Shown piece after piece: positions 11,335-22,164 of a stretch of DNA of 64,000 nt. Source of the DNA: Candidatus Nomurabacteria bacterium (GTDB lineage: Bacteria > Patescibacteriota > WWE3 > UBA101185 > UBA10185). The stretch lies in NCBI GenBank assembly GCA_020631855.1, contig JACKGU010000001.1, positions 295,601-359,600 of the forward strand, given 5' to 3'. The notes beneath the pieces are model-generated. The model was not told the DNA's origin, made no database searches, and worked only from the letters and a program-made list of their open reading frames with translations. The first letter of the stretch is position 1. Each line of letters opens with the position of its first letter. The translations under genes and the position numbers were made by a program.

Positions 11335-14300
11335 TTACTCCTGATCTTCAGAAATTTCTACCTGTTCAATTTCGAGATCGTCCACAATCTCTTCATCTGA
11401 ATCAACAACAGTCATACCGTCATCCTCGTCCGAGTCATCGAGTAAAACTGCGTTCTTTAAATCGTCGGCGTCTATTGCGCTCTTTGCGGCATCAAATTTA
11501 TCTTGAATCTCGTCTTCTACCTCATCTTCCGAATCAGTACCAACCGATCCCGAAGGAGATATATTCAAGCACAATCCATTCAGCTCTCTTATTAAAAGCT
11601 TAAATGATTCAGGCACGTTAGATTCCGGAATTGGCTGGCCTTGTAATATAGCTTTATAAGCCTGCGTTCTTCCTAACCAGTCGTCCGACTTAATTGTGAG
11701 CATTTCTTTCAAAATATGGGCTGCCCCGTAAGCTTCAAGTGCCCACACTTCCATTTCTCCGAATCTTTGTCCGCCCATCTGAGACTTACCGCCCAAAGGT
11801 TGTTGGGTAATCAAGGAGTATGGTCCGGTAGATCTTGCGTGCATCTTGAGGCTACTCATGTGAACCAGCTTCAAAATGTATGTGCTTCCTACAACCACCT
11901 CGTTATCAAAATACTCTCCGGTTCTTCCGTCAATAAGCTTCATTTTTCCTGACAACGGAATGCCGGCTTCTTGAAGCTCTTTATCAATTTCTACGTGGGG
12001 AACCTCTTCAAAATTAGGCACAATATACTTTCGTCCTAATCTTTCTCCTGCCATGCTTAATGGGGTCTCTAAGAGCTGTCCCATATTCATTCTTTTAATG
12101 ATGGCCTCCGAAGAAAAAATAACGTCAATTATGGTTCCGTCTTCTAGATGAGGCATGTCCGATGCAGGCAAGATAGCTGAAATGACTCCTTTATTTCCGT
12201 GTCGACTTGAGAGCTTGTCTCCGACTTGTATTTTCTTTTGAGTTGCGACATAGACTGTAATTTCTTCAATAACTCCGGTCGGAAGATTGGAGTTTTCCTT
12301 CTTGCTCACTCTTTTAACCCCTATCACCACACCTTTTTTACCGTGAGGAAGTATAAGTGAGGTATCTCTAACTTCTTTTGCTTTCTCTCCGAATATAGCT
12401 CGTAGAAGCCTTTCCTCTGCAGAAAGCTCAACTTCACCTTTTGGAGCAACTTTACCTACCAAAATATCTCCTGCCTTCACTTTTGCGCCTATGGATATTA
12501 TTCCGTCTTCATTTAGATTCCTTAGAGCTTCTTCGGAAATATTAGGTATATCGAAGGTTAGCTCTTCAGGTCCAAGCTTTGTTTCGAGAACTGCAATCTT
12601 ATAATTTTCTATATGGACCGAGGTTAAAACATCTTCAGTAACAAGCCTATCTGACAAAATAATTCCGTCTTCAAACTCATAACCCTCAAAAATCATATAG
12701 CAAGCATTTAAATTTGCTCCTAAAGCAATCTCACCATCCTGCGAAGCCGGACCTTCTAATATAATGTCGCCTTTTTTAATTTTCTGGCCTGTAGATACCT
12801 TTACTCTCTGGTTTAAGGATGTGTCGGAGTTTGATTTAACAAACTTTTTAGCTAAATATTCGGCCGTACCTGCTTTTTCATATTTTACTTTTACTTTTGT
12901 GGAGTCTGCGTATAAAACCTCTCCTTTATCTTCTGCAACTATGACTATTCCCGAGTTACGGGCAATATCGCTCTCCAAACCTGTAGCTATAATCGGGGAT
13001 TCTACTTTCACTAAAGGTACTGCCTGAGACATTTGCTGAGTACCCATTAAAGCTCTGGAAATATCATCATTTGCCAAAAAAGGAATCTGGCTTGCCATAA
13101 TTCCAACCGCCTGTCCGGGAACAAGCTCCATATACTGAGCTTTTGCAGTAGATCCTAAAGTAAAGTCATTTCCTTTTCGCAAAGGAATTTGCTCCTGTGT
13201 TATAAAACCCTTTTCATCTATACTAACTGTGCTATCTGTTATGTAATAGAGCTCTTCGTCGTAGGCCGCCAAGTAAACCACCTCATCGGTTATTCTTACT
13301 TTGCCGTTCTTTTCTTCCAGCTTTACATATGGTGTCTCTAAAAAACCATACTCATTTACCCTAGCGTACGAAGCTATGTAGTTAATAAGACCGATGTTGG
13401 GGCCTTCGGGAGTTCTAACAGGACAGATCTTGCCGAATGAAGAATAATGAACGTCTCGTACAGACATGCTTGCTCTTTCTTTTGTAAGTCCTCCCGGACC
13501 GGTAACCGAAAGTCTGCGCAAATGATCCAGTGCCGTAACCGGATTTTGTTGGTCATGATGCTGTGAAAGCTGACCGGTAGCAAAAAAGCTGTGAATCGCT
13601 GAGGCTACTGTTCTGGAAGAAATGAGTAAAGATGGTTCAGGCATTTCTTCTCGAGGCTGCAAACTCATTCTTTCTTTTATGTTCCTCTCCATTCGAAGGA
13701 AACCGATTCTAATTTCATCTTGAAGTAATTCCCCCACAGAGCGCACTCTTCTGTTTGACAAGTGATCCAGGTCACTCTCCGATTCAATACCGTTGTTTAT
13801 ATTTATTACCTTTTTTAAAGCAGCTACAAGATCATCTTTGTGAAGTAAATAATGTTCCGGCTCATTAGGGAAATTTAAACCTAACACCTGATTCATTTTA
13901 AATCTACCGACTTTTCCTAGGCTATATCTTCTTCTATTAAAGAAGGTTCCTTGCACTAAAGAACGGGCATTCTCAAGCACTAAAGGCTCGCCCGGTCTCA
14001 TTTTTTTGTATATTTCAAGAATTGCTTCGTTATAGGAAGAGCTCGGATCCTTAGAAAGTGTGCTTTCAATAAAACTAATTTCGGGATTTGAATCAACATC
14101 TTCAAAGGCAGCTCTTATATCGTCATTGGTCTCCAGTCCAAAAATTCTAAGCAATACAGAAACAGGAATTTTTCGGCGTCTGTCTATTTTTACGCTCATC
14201 AAACCGGTCTTTGTTGTATCAACCTCTAACCAAGCCCCATTTTTCGGAAGAATCTTACATCCGCCTAAAATGGCCCCTGTGCTGGGGTGAATCTCTTTTG

Positions 14301-14709
14301 TGAAGAGCACACCTTCTGACCTTTTTAACTGACTAACAACTATTCTTTCAACACCATTAATAATAAAGGTCCCGGTAGGTGTCATTAACGGGATATCTCC
14401 CATATATATTTTTTGCTTCTTTTTCTTATTGTTTATCGGGTCTCGCATTTCAGCATTTAAATACCAAGGAGCGTCGTAGGTACGACCTTTGTATAAAGCT
14501 TCGTCCATTGATATGTTCGGCTTGTCAAAAGACGGATCTGAGAGTTCTAAAACCCATCCGCGACCTGAGAAGTCCTCAACGGGACCAATCTCATCTAAAA
14601 CCTCGGCTATGCCGTTTTTCAAGAGGTCGTTATAGGAGTTGATTTGAATTTCTATTAAATTTGGTACGATTTGGTTATTTTTTCTTTTTGAAAAATCGTG
14701 TCTTTTCAT
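11335..14709 (-). CDS. rpoB: DNA-directed RNA polymerase subunit beta, with about 75-aa acidic C-terminal tail
   Basis: 1124 aa; conserved rpoB blocks (e.g. 'GEMEVWALEAYGAA'). C-terminus is D/E-rich (DSEDEVEDEIQD...DDSDEDDG...ISEDQE). Confidence 0.97.
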   Translation of the reverse strand: MKRHDFSKRKNNQIVPNLIEIQINSYNDLLKNGIAEVLDEIGPVEDFSGRGWVLELSDPSFDKPNISMDEALYKGRTYDAPWYLNAEMRDPINNKKKKQKIYMGDIPLMTPTGTFIINGVERIVVSQLKRSEGVLFTKEIHPSTGAILGGCKILPKNGAWLEVDTTKTGLMSVKIDRRRKIPVSVLLRIFGLETNDDIRAAFEDVDSNPEISFIESTLSKDPSSSYNEAILEIYKKMRPGEPLVLENARSLVQGTFFNRRRYSLGKVGRFKMNQVLGLNFPNEPEHYLLHKDDLVAALKKVININNGIESESDLDHLSNRRVRSVGELLQDEIRIGFLRMERNIKERMSLQPREEMPEPSLLISSRTVASAIHSFFATGQLSQHHDQQNPVTALDHLRRLSVTGPGGLTKERASMSVRDVHYSSFGKICPVRTPEGPNIGLINYIASYARVNEYGFLETPYVKLEEKNGKVRITDEVVYLAAYDEELYYITDSTVSIDEKGFITQEQIPLRKGNDFTLGSTAKAQYMELVPGQAVGIMASQIPFLANDDISRALMGTQQMSQAVPLVKVESPIIATGLESDIARNSGIVIVAEDKGEVLYADSTKVKVKYEKAGTAEYLAKKFVKSNSDTSLNQRVKVSTGQKIKKGDIILEGPASQDGEIALGANLNACYMIFEGYEFEDGIILSDRLVTEDVLTSVHIENYKIAVLETKLGPEELTFDIPNISEEALRNLNEDGIISIGAKVKAGDILVGKVAPKGEVELSAEERLLRAIFGEKAKEVRDTSLILPHGKKGVVIGVKRVSKKENSNLPTGVIEEITVYVATQKKIQVGDKLSSRHGNKGVISAILPASDMPHLEDGTIIDVIFSSEAIIKRMNMGQLLETPLSMAGERLGRKYIVPNFEEVPHVEIDKELQEAGIPLSGKMKLIDGRTGEYFDNEVVVGSTYILKLVHMSSLKMHARSTGPYSLITQQPLGGKSQMGGQRFGEMEVWALEAYGAAHILKEMLTIKSDDWLGRTQAYKAILQGQPIPESNVPESFKLLIRELNGLCLNISPSGSVGTDSEDEVEDEIQDKFDAAKSAIDADDLKNAVLLDDSDEDDGMTVVDSDEEIVDDLEIEQVEISEDQE

Positions 14710-14801
14710 TAAAAAATTCTACTTAAAATTTTGATAAACTAAGAAGCCAATAGACAAAGCGAAAGTTACCATTTTAACAGCATCCTGTCAATAGTTTCGC
14801 A

Positions 14802-15404
14802 CTAAAAAAACATGATATCACTAATCGGCCAAAAACGAAACACAACTTTTCCAACAATGGCTTCTGATTGCACTATACCAAAAATCCTTGAATCTTGGGA
14901 AACATCTCGATTATCCCCCAATACAAAAAATTCATTTTCCTCAAGATGCAACGACCTTCCATCTCTAAATCTTGTACCTGAGGTTGTACACTGATCCGTA
15001 AATAAATACTTTTCCTCTAACTCAAACTTGCCATCGGAGTTAGATACATAGACCTTACAATTGAAAATTTTTATATCTTCTCCAGGTAAAGCTACGATTC
15101 TTTTTACATATTCTTTCTGCTCATGCCCCGGGGGATGCAACACAACTATGTCTCCGCGCCTATAAGGTTTAAAGTGCTTTGAAACTTTTTCGACTAAAAC
15201 CCTCTCTTTGTCGTATAAAGTAGGCTCCATGCTTGCCCCGTCAACTTTTTCTGGCACAGCAATAAGAGTAAAAATTAACAGCAGAACAATAAAAGACATG
15301 GAAACTGTTTCAATTATTTCCGCCAACAAGGCTTTGAAGGGTGTTTTTTTAAGCTCCTCATTCGAATCGCTCACTTGCTGTGAAGGCCTGCTGATTTTCT
15401 TCAT
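14802..15404 (-). CDS. lepB: Signal peptidase I
   Basis: 200 aa, N-terminal TM, box B 'GASMEPTL', 'VLGDNRDVSQDSR' (box E). Confidence 0.85.
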   Translation of the reverse strand: MKKISRPSQQVSDSNEELKKTPFKALLAEIIETVSMSFIVLLLIFTLIAVPEKVDGASMEPTLYDKERVLVEKVSKHFKPYRRGDIVVLHPPGHEQKEYVKRIVALPGEDIKIFNCKVYVSNSDGKFELEEKYLFTDQCTTSGTRFRDGRSLHLEENEFFVLGDNRDVSQDSRIFGIVQSEAIVGKVVFRFWPISDIMFF

Positions 15405-15408
15405 CTAA

Positions 15409-16041
15409 TTACCGTCCTTCCAAAATTACGTTCTTAAGTTGTTCCGGAGTATCAACAAGAAACTTGGGTGATTTTTTTGCTAAAGTTGCTGAGTCATTAA
15501 AGCCCCAAGTCACCGAGGCAATATCAATTCCTGCTTTTTCGCAAGCTACGATATCCCTAATCTCATCGCCAACATAGAGCGTTTCCTTTTTTCGTAAGTG
15601 CTTTTTTCGAAGCATTTTTTTTATTAATCTATGCTTTTTAAACAATTTACGCCCTGAATAAATGTCTAAAATGCCTGATATTTTGTGCATTTTAAGATAT
15701 GCCGTAACTATTCTCCTGTCATTGCTTGTAAGAATGTAAATTTTATAGCCATGCGACTGCAGCCCTGAAATTATCTCTGCCATTCCTTCAATGAGGGCTA
15801 AGTCGGAAAGATTATTTCGCATCTCTTCGCGAAGCATTTTTACAAAACGAGGTATTTTAAAAACATTTATATTAAATTCGCGGAAGATGTATCGCATAGA
15901 CAAACTCCTCAACTTAGGAATTTCGTTAGCATCAATACCGTCTATACCGTATTTTGAGGGATTAGAATTTACTACCTTTAATAAAAAGTTAAATGAATCG
16001 GCTATAGTACCGTCAAAATCAAAGATTATGTTTTTATACAC
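15409..16041 (-). CDS. HAD-superfamily hydrolase (phosphatase-like)
   Basis: 210 aa, motif I 'IIFDFDGTIADS', motif IV 'VGDEIRDI'. Confidence 0.7.
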   Translation of the reverse strand: MYKNIIFDFDGTIADSFNFLLKVVNSNPSKYGIDGIDANEIPKLRSLSMRYIFREFNINVFKIPRFVKMLREEMRNNLSDLALIEGMAEIISGLQSHGYKIYILTSNDRRIVTAYLKMHKISGILDIYSGRKLFKKHRLIKKMLRKKHLRKKETLYVGDEIRDIVACEKAGIDIASVTWGFNDSATLAKKSPKFLVDTPEQLKNVILEGR

Positions 16042-16080
16042 TTTAAAAATTCTCCAATAATATCATCAAAACTACCAATC

Positions 16081-16190
16081 ACCGCCAGCTTACGCAGGTG
16101 TTTTGCTGTAATTTCTTTTTGTTGCAAAGCCCAACATGCTGGGTAAGCTACCTCTACTAGCTTACGCAAGCAGCTATAAGTAACAAAATT
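16081..16190 (+). repeat. Copy A of a ~115-nt structured intergenic repeat family
   Basis: CACCGCCAGCTTACGCAGGTG...TTGCAAAGCCCAACATGCTGGGTAAGCTAC...CTAGCTTACGCAAGCAG... About 85-90% identical to the copies at 30264-30380 and 32801-32920. Lies between the secA stop and the HAD gene start. Confidence 0.85.
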
Positions 16191-16196
16191 ATAAAA

Positions 16197-18755
16197 TTAA
16201 GCGTCTTTGCCGTGGCATTTCTTGTATTTTTTACCGCTCCCGCAAGGACAAGGATCATTTCTACCAATCTTATCTACAGATTTAGTAGTTGGGGCTTTTG
16301 TACTTTTATTTTTTAACTTTGCTTCGTCTTCGACACCGCTATTTAGCTCTCCCTGCTCATAAACGGCCGACTGCAACTCACTCTTTAGTTTGCTTTCTAA
16401 TCTATTTTCTACGCTACGAACTTGCTCAGGAGCTCTTTTTATTTCTTTTAACCTCAGCAGTCTCTCGCTAATACCCGAGTATATACTATCAACCAGCATA
16501 TCAAATCTGGTGTGACCTTCTCGTTTATATTCAACAATAGGATCTTTTTGCGCGTAACCTCTGAGCCCAATTCCATCTCGTAAGTTGTCCATATCTACCA
16601 AATGCTCCATCCATAGCATATCAACAACTTCCACACTCAGCTGTGCAACAACCTGGGCCCATATTTCTTCACCTAGCTCTTTGCTATAATAATCCCAACG
16701 CTCCGAAACCTCAGAAGAAAGTTTTTCCAAAAACCAATCTTTGTGTGTCAAATCTTTGGACCCAATTTCAAGAATTCTACGCCTCAGTTTATACACTACT
16801 TCCCTATGCACATTCATAACATCGTCCATTTCAACGACCTGTTTTCGTCTGTCGAAGTTAAAGTTTTCAACTTTCTTTTGCGCGTTTTCGATAGCCTTAG
16901 ACACTATACCGGCTTCTAAAGGAACCGAATCATCTATGCCAAAGCGGTTCATCAACCTTTCTACCTGGGCGCCTCCGAAAACGCGCATCAGGTCATCCTG
17001 CAACGAAACATAAAACCTCGAAGAGCCGGGGTCGCCCTGTCGACCGGAGCGACCTCTCAACTGATTATCAATTCTTCTAGACTCATGTCTTTCGGTTCCA
17101 ATAACATGCAGGCCTCCAAGCTCCCTGATTTCAGCTTGTTCTTCTTCAGTCGACGGATCTCCACCTAATATAATGTCCACACCTCGGCCCGCCATATTAG
17201 TTGAAATAGTTACAGCACCTTTTTTACCCGCTTGAGCAACAATTAATGCCTCACGTTCGTGATTCTTTGCGTTTAATATCTCGTGTGGAATTTTTCTTCG
17301 TTGTAAGAAATTATGTAGAAGTTCGCTTTTTTCAACCGTTGTTGTACCAACAAGAACCGGCTGACCTTTTTCATGTAGTTTTGCTATTTCATCGGCCACG
17401 GCCTTAAATTTTCCTGCCTCTGTTTTGTACACCACATCGTTATAGTCAATTCTAGCTACAGGCATGTGGGTAGGAATTACAACTACTTCAAGTTTATAGA
17501 TTTTAAACAACTCCTCGGCCTCAGTCACCGCAGTACCGGTCATGCCGGCCAGCTTTGAATACATTCTAAAATAATTTTGATAAGAAATCTCAGCTACTGT
17601 TTTGCTTTCTTGCTGTATTTGAACATTTTCTTTAGCTTCAATTGCCTGATGCAATCCTTGAGAGAATCTATTCGAGGGCAAAAGTCTGCCGGTAAATTGA
17701 TCTACAATTACAACCTGGCCGTCTTTCACAACATAATCTCTGTCTTTCTCATACAAGGCGTGTGCGCTCAAAGACTGCTCTATCAAATGAACCATCTCGA
17801 AATCTTGTTCATAAAGATTATCTATTTTTAGTAAATTCTCAACTCTCCTTATACCAAAATCTGTTAGCGAGGCGTTTCTAAATTTTTCTTCTACTTCATA
17901 GTCAGTATTTTTTTCTAGCTGATCTATAATTCTGTTCGCCTGCATGTAACGTTCAGTGGGTTGAGCTGAAGAAGTGGAAATTATTAAAGGCGTTCTAGCT
18001 ACATCAATTAAAATTGAATCTACTTCATCAACAATAGCAAAATTATGGCTCCCCCAATCACCGTTTGGATTGGTCTGTACGGTTTGATCAAGTGTAAGTA
18101 CCATGTTATCTCTTAAGTAATCGAAGCCGAATTCGTGGTTAGTACCATAAGTTATATCTGCACGGTAGGCATCAGCCTTGCTGATCTCGCGCAGATGCTT
18201 TGTATACTCATCTTGAAACTCGGAACTAACAAACTCAGGATCGAAAATAAACGCTCGTTGCTGCATAATTACACCCGTCTTCAGTCCAAGATAATCGTAC
18301 ACTCCGCCCATCCATCCGGCCCCGTGTTTTGAAAGATAATCGTTAGGCGTTACGAGATGAGCACCCTTACCTGTTAGTGCATTAAGATACAAGGGTAAAA
18401 CGGCCGTAAGAGTCTTACCTTCGCCGGTCTTCTGTTCCGCTACCTTGCCTTGGTGCAAAGCAATGCCGGCCAACATTTGCACATCATGAATTCTGATTGT
18501 CTTATTCTCATCGCTCAAAACCCTTCTTGCCGCCTCTCTTACTAATGCGAAAGCTTCCGGCAAAATTGAATCCATATACCTTGAGGCTTCCTTGTCATCC
18601 ATTTTGGATAGAGCCTCTTTCCAAAAAGCCGTCTTTTGTAAAAAAGCAGGTCGGTCTAACCTCTCGAATTCAGGTTCAAAAGAACTGATCTTACTCAGTA
18701 TGGGGGCTTGCTTGGCAAGCAATTTTGAATTTGTATCGAAAAATTTTTTAAACAT
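16197..18755 (-). CDS. secA: Preprotein translocase ATPase SecA
   Basis: 852 aa; DEAD-like motor, C-terminal Zn-binding '[14 protein letters not shown]'. Confidence 0.97.
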   Translation of the reverse strand: MFKKFFDTNSKLLAKQAPILSKISSFEPEFERLDRPAFLQKTAFWKEALSKMDDKEASRYMDSILPEAFALVREAARRVLSDENKTIRIHDVQMLAGIALHQGKVAEQKTGEGKTLTAVLPLYLNALTGKGAHLVTPNDYLSKHGAGWMGGVYDYLGLKTGVIMQQRAFIFDPEFVSSEFQDEYTKHLREISKADAYRADITYGTNHEFGFDYLRDNMVLTLDQTVQTNPNGDWGSHNFAIVDEVDSILIDVARTPLIISTSSAQPTERYMQANRIIDQLEKNTDYEVEEKFRNASLTDFGIRRVENLLKIDNLYEQDFEMVHLIEQSLSAHALYEKDRDYVVKDGQVVIVDQFTGRLLPSNRFSQGLHQAIEAKENVQIQQESKTVAEISYQNYFRMYSKLAGMTGTAVTEAEELFKIYKLEVVVIPTHMPVARIDYNDVVYKTEAGKFKAVADEIAKLHEKGQPVLVGTTTVEKSELLHNFLQRRKIPHEILNAKNHEREALIVAQAGKKGAVTISTNMAGRGVDIILGGDPSTEEEQAEIRELGGLHVIGTERHESRRIDNQLRGRSGRQGDPGSSRFYVSLQDDLMRVFGGAQVERLMNRFGIDDSVPLEAGIVSKAIENAQKKVENFNFDRRKQVVEMDDVMNVHREVVYKLRRRILEIGSKDLTHKDWFLEKLSSEVSERWDYYSKELGEEIWAQVVAQLSVEVVDMLWMEHLVDMDNLRDGIGLRGYAQKDPIVEYKREGHTRFDMLVDSIYSGISERLLRLKEIKRAPEQVRSVENRLESKLKSELQSAVYEQGELNSGVEDEAKLKNKSTKAPTTKSVDKIGRNDPCPCGSGKKYKKCHGKDA

Positions 18756-18818
18756 GCTGAATGATTATAGCACTATAGAAAAGTTGAAGTGTAAATTCTT
18801 TATTTATATAATTTTCTC

Positions 18819-19322
18819 ATGGGATATATACTCGACCTTGATACCGTTGTTTATATCTCACAAGACCTTAGAAGAAGAAAAAAGAAAATAATATACACCC
18901 ACGGAAGCTTCGATCTATTTCATTCCGGACACTCATACCTATTTAATAAAGCAAAAAAACTGGGCGACGTATTAATAGTAGGCGTAGATTCTGACGAAAA
19001 AGTAAGGAAATTTAAAGGGGAGAGAAGACCGGTAAATCAGCACTCGCTTAGAGCTGAGATGGTAAACAACCATAAAGATGTTGATATAGTCTTTTCAATA
19101 GAAGGGTTAGCAGAAAACGAGGAAGATTACTATGTTGGACTATATAAAAAGCTATCTCCGCACATCGTCGTTGTAGGAAACTCTTTTGGGTTTCGGAACA
19201 ATTTCAGAAAGAAACTTGCAAACACTGAGTTCGTTTTAATAGATCTTTTACCCGAACACCAGATCTCTACCACCGACATAATTCAAAAAGTATTAGATAC
19301 GCACGTAGAAAAGTCCGAGTAG
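18819..19322 (+). CDS. Cytidylyl/adenylyl-transferase of the TagD/RfaE-domain-II family
   Basis: 167 aa; (H/T)xGH nucleotidyltransferase motif 'HGSFDLFHSGH'; 'LIVGVDSDEKVRKFKGERRPV' resembles glycerol-3-phosphate cytidylyltransferase and heptose-1-P adenylyltransferase. Confidence 0.65.
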   Translation: MGYILDLDTVVYISQDLRRRKKKIIYTHGSFDLFHSGHSYLFNKAKKLGDVLIVGVDSDEKVRKFKGERRPVNQHSLRAEMVNNHKDVDIVFSIEGLAENEEDYYVGLYKKLSPHIVVVGNSFGFRNNFRKKLANTEFVLIDLLPEHQISTTDIIQKVLDTHVEKSE

Positions 19323-20114
19323 AACCAAAACAATAAGAATCCTATAGACTATAAAGGTTGTTAAAGAATTGTTACGCAAAAATTTCATTAAAAAGCTTAT
19401 TGCTAAAATTCCGGTTATAAAGCTCGATAGAAAACCAACAACTACAAGCAGGCCGCCCAATTGCTGAAGACTTTCAAAAGAGGAATAGATTTTATACAAA
19501 GCGGCGCCGAGTATAGTGGGAATAGCCATAATAAAAGAGAATCTTGCCGCTTCTTTTCTGCTTAAACCAACGATCATGCCTCCGGAGATTGTGGATCCTG
19601 ATCTGGAGAAACCTGGCAACAAGGCGAGCATCTCAAAAAGTCCTATTGCGATTGATTTTTTTAAGGTAAGTTCTGACTTAGTTTCGATACGAGCAAATCT
19701 TTTTTCAGCCACGTACATTAAAATCGTGCCTAAAAGCAAAAAGAGCTCGACCCACAAAGCACTTCTAAAAACTTGTTCGAGAGTAGCATCTAATACAATA
19801 CCGGCGATACCTGCAGGAATAACTGCAACCAGAGCAAATAAGCCGTACTTTCCAGATCGGGAATATTCTTGCAACTTGTTTCTTTTTTGAGCAATGTTGA
19901 AAAATAAAGCCTTGGCAATATCCAAAAGATCGCGAAAAAAATACACTATAAGAGCAACCGAGGTTCCCACATGCAGGACCAAATCAAATGCCAAAGACTG
20001 CTCATTCCAGCGTAGAAGATAGGGTAAAAGAATGAGATGTCCTGAGGACGAAATAGGTAGAAACTCGCTAAGACCCTGAATAGTTCCTAAAACCAGTGCT
20101 TGAAAAATTGTCAT
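19293..20114 (-). CDS. uppP: Undecaprenyl-diphosphatase (BacA/UppP)
   Basis: 273 aa, polytopic; 'GLSEFLPISSSGHLIL' and 'PGFSRSGSTISGG' UppP motifs. The 3' end overlaps the convergent cytidylyltransferase gene by 30 nt. Confidence 0.85.
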   Translation of the reverse strand: MTIFQALVLGTIQGLSEFLPISSSGHLILLPYLLRWNEQSLAFDLVLHVGTSVALIVYFFRDLLDIAKALFFNIAQKRNKLQEYSRSGKYGLFALVAVIPAGIAGIVLDATLEQVFRSALWVELFLLLGTILMYVAEKRFARIETKSELTLKKSIAIGLFEMLALLPGFSRSGSTISGGMIVGLSRKEAARFSFIMAIPTILGAALYKIYSSFESLQQLGGLLVVVGFLSSFITGILAISFLMKFLRNNSLTTFIVYRILIVLVLLGLFYVRI

Positions 20115-20116
20115 AA

Positions 20117-20827
20117 CTAAGCTCGGCCAAAAATTAAAATATTATCGGCATTGCTTTTACCGGGAATGATTTCAGTCTCAACGTTTGTAAAAAAATCTTT
20201 TACATTATCCAAAAACATATGGGCCTCATCCTGGTGGTCATCGGTTTTATAGTATCTGTGAAACACAACTAAGCCCCCAGGGTGAGTCATGCTTTTTAAA
20301 AGTGAAAAAAAGTTTCCGGAATTCCCTAAATCTGGGTATACATCACCAATAAAAATATCAACAACAACAGCACTAAAAGATTGTTTACGCAGTCCGTACT
20401 TTTCAGGCGATACAACCACCGCACAAGCATCGGCAACTATAATCGAGTGGTTTGGAATCTCGTCCGCACGGAAATGTGTCCTTGCTATATCAACTACAAC
20501 CGGGTCAATTTCCACACTAACAATATGTACACCGGGATACGCTTTTGCAAGGAGATGCTGGAAAGTCGCGCCTCCCAGACCCATTACAAGAACACTCTGC
20601 AGTTCGGGCTCTTGCTCTTTAATGACCTGTACCATATTTCCCCACACCAATGCCTCAGCAGATTTGGAATCATGCGCTACAGAGTGAATCACACCATTAT
20701 TAATAAGTTTTTTTGTAGTTCCAACTTTTACGACCTTCAAAGATTTACTGAAATCCGATGATGTAGATAATATAACCTCAGGCTCCTTGATATTACTAAA
20801 TACGGAATACATATTTTGATAATACAA
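20117..20827 (-). CDS. Spermidine-synthase-like class I methyltransferase-fold protein
   Basis: 236 aa; Rossmann 'VLVMGLGGATFQ...HIVSVEIDPVVVDIAR', acidic loop 'VVDIFIGD'. Assignment by motif only. Confidence 0.45.
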   Translation of the reverse strand: MYYQNMYSVFSNIKEPEVILSTSSDFSKSLKVVKVGTTKKLINNGVIHSVAHDSKSAEALVWGNMVQVIKEQEPELQSVLVMGLGGATFQHLLAKAYPGVHIVSVEIDPVVVDIARTHFRADEIPNHSIIVADACAVVVSPEKYGLRKQSFSAVVVDIFIGDVYPDLGNSGNFFSLLKSMTHPGGLVVFHRYYKTDDHQDEAHMFLDNVKDFFTNVETEIIPGKSNADNILIFGRA

Positions 20828-20862
20828 TAAAATTTAATCTAAACATATACTGTACTCCATGC

Positions 20863-22164
20863 TCACTGAGGTCTGGGCTTATCTCTCAAAGAAATTGGTC
20901 TAATAACCTCCAAGCCATTCATGTAGGGCTTTAAAACTTCCGGTATTAAAACAGAGCCGTCTGCTTGCTGGTAATTTTCCAATATAGCGATAATTGTTCT
21001 TGACGTTGCAACTGCAGTTCCGTTTAACATGTGAACATACTCAGTGCCGCCTGTGTCTAATTTATACTTAATATTTAAATTTCTCGCTTGGTAATCTGTA
21101 CAATTTGAAGTGGATGTCACTTCCCCATAGTCTTTTCTACCAGGCATCCAAGCCTCTATATCATATTTTCTTGCTGCCATCGCACCTAAGTCTCCGGTGC
21201 ATTGCTTTAGAACCCTATAAGAAATGCCCAGGCCTTGGTAAATTGATTCTTCCATCTCCAGCAGATAATCATGCATCTGCATTGATTCTTCAGGCTTACA
21301 ATAAATAAACATTTCCACTTTTGTAAATTGGTGAACTCTATATAGCCCTTTTGAATACTTTCCATAAGCGCCGGCCTCTTTTCTAAAACAGTGAGAATAG
21401 CCAACATATTTTAAGGGTAAATTTTCCAGAAGTAGAACCTCGTCAGCATGCTTACCGGCAAGAGTTACTTCAGCAGTTGCAATTAAACCCAAATCCTCAC
21501 CTTCGATTGTATAAGTTTGGGCCTCATCTCCTCTAGGGGCATAGCCTGTTCCAAGATAATAACGGGACTTTGCTAAATCAGGCGTCAAGGTCGGAGTAAA
21601 ACCAGCTTTACTAAGCTTTTCAAACGCGTATTGCACAAGCGCAAGCTCCATTAAGACACCGGCACCATATAGAAAATAAAATTGAGAACCTGAAACTTTG
21701 GCACCGTCTTCAAAACTTATAATTCCGAGGGATTCTCCCAATTCAACGTGATCTTTTGGTTCAAAATCAAGCTTTGGAATGTCACCCACATGCTTTAATA
21801 TTTCATTTCCTGATTCATCTCTTCCTACAGGAACGTCTGCCGAAGGTATATTTGGAACAGCCATAACCATAGCGTCCAATTCGTTTTTTAAAACCAACAG
21901 TTTATCTTCCAACCCCTTTAGTTCCTCTTTCGTGTCACTAGCTTGTGTGATTAATTTTTCACGAGCATCGCCAGATACTTTTGAAATGTCTTGAGAGAGC
22001 TCGTTGCGAATTGCTCTAAGCTCTTCTACTTTCTTAAGTAAATTTCTATACTCAACGTCAACTTGTAGAAGCCTATCTATGTCCACAACGCCATTCATGT
22101 TTTTGTCTTCTATTGCTTTTTTTACAACCTCAGGGTTTTCTCTTATTATTTTTATGTCCAACAT
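20863..22164 (-). CDS. serS: Seryl-tRNA synthetase
   Basis: 433 aa; N-terminal coiled-coil arm, class II motifs ('FRKEAGAYGKYSKGLYRVHQFTKVE', 'GTAVATSRTIIAILENYQ'). Confidence 0.95.
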   Translation of the reverse strand: MLDIKIIRENPEVVKKAIEDKNMNGVVDIDRLLQVDVEYRNLLKKVEELRAIRNELSQDISKVSGDAREKLITQASDTKEELKGLEDKLLVLKNELDAMVMAVPNIPSADVPVGRDESGNEILKHVGDIPKLDFEPKDHVELGESLGIISFEDGAKVSGSQFYFLYGAGVLMELALVQYAFEKLSKAGFTPTLTPDLAKSRYYLGTGYAPRGDEAQTYTIEGEDLGLIATAEVTLAGKHADEVLLLENLPLKYVGYSHCFRKEAGAYGKYSKGLYRVHQFTKVEMFIYCKPEESMQMHDYLLEMEESIYQGLGISYRVLKQCTGDLGAMAARKYDIEAWMPGRKDYGEVTSTSNCTDYQARNLNIKYKLDTGGTEYVHMLNGTAVATSRTIIAILENYQQADGSVLIPEVLKPYMNGLEVIRPISLRDKPRPQ

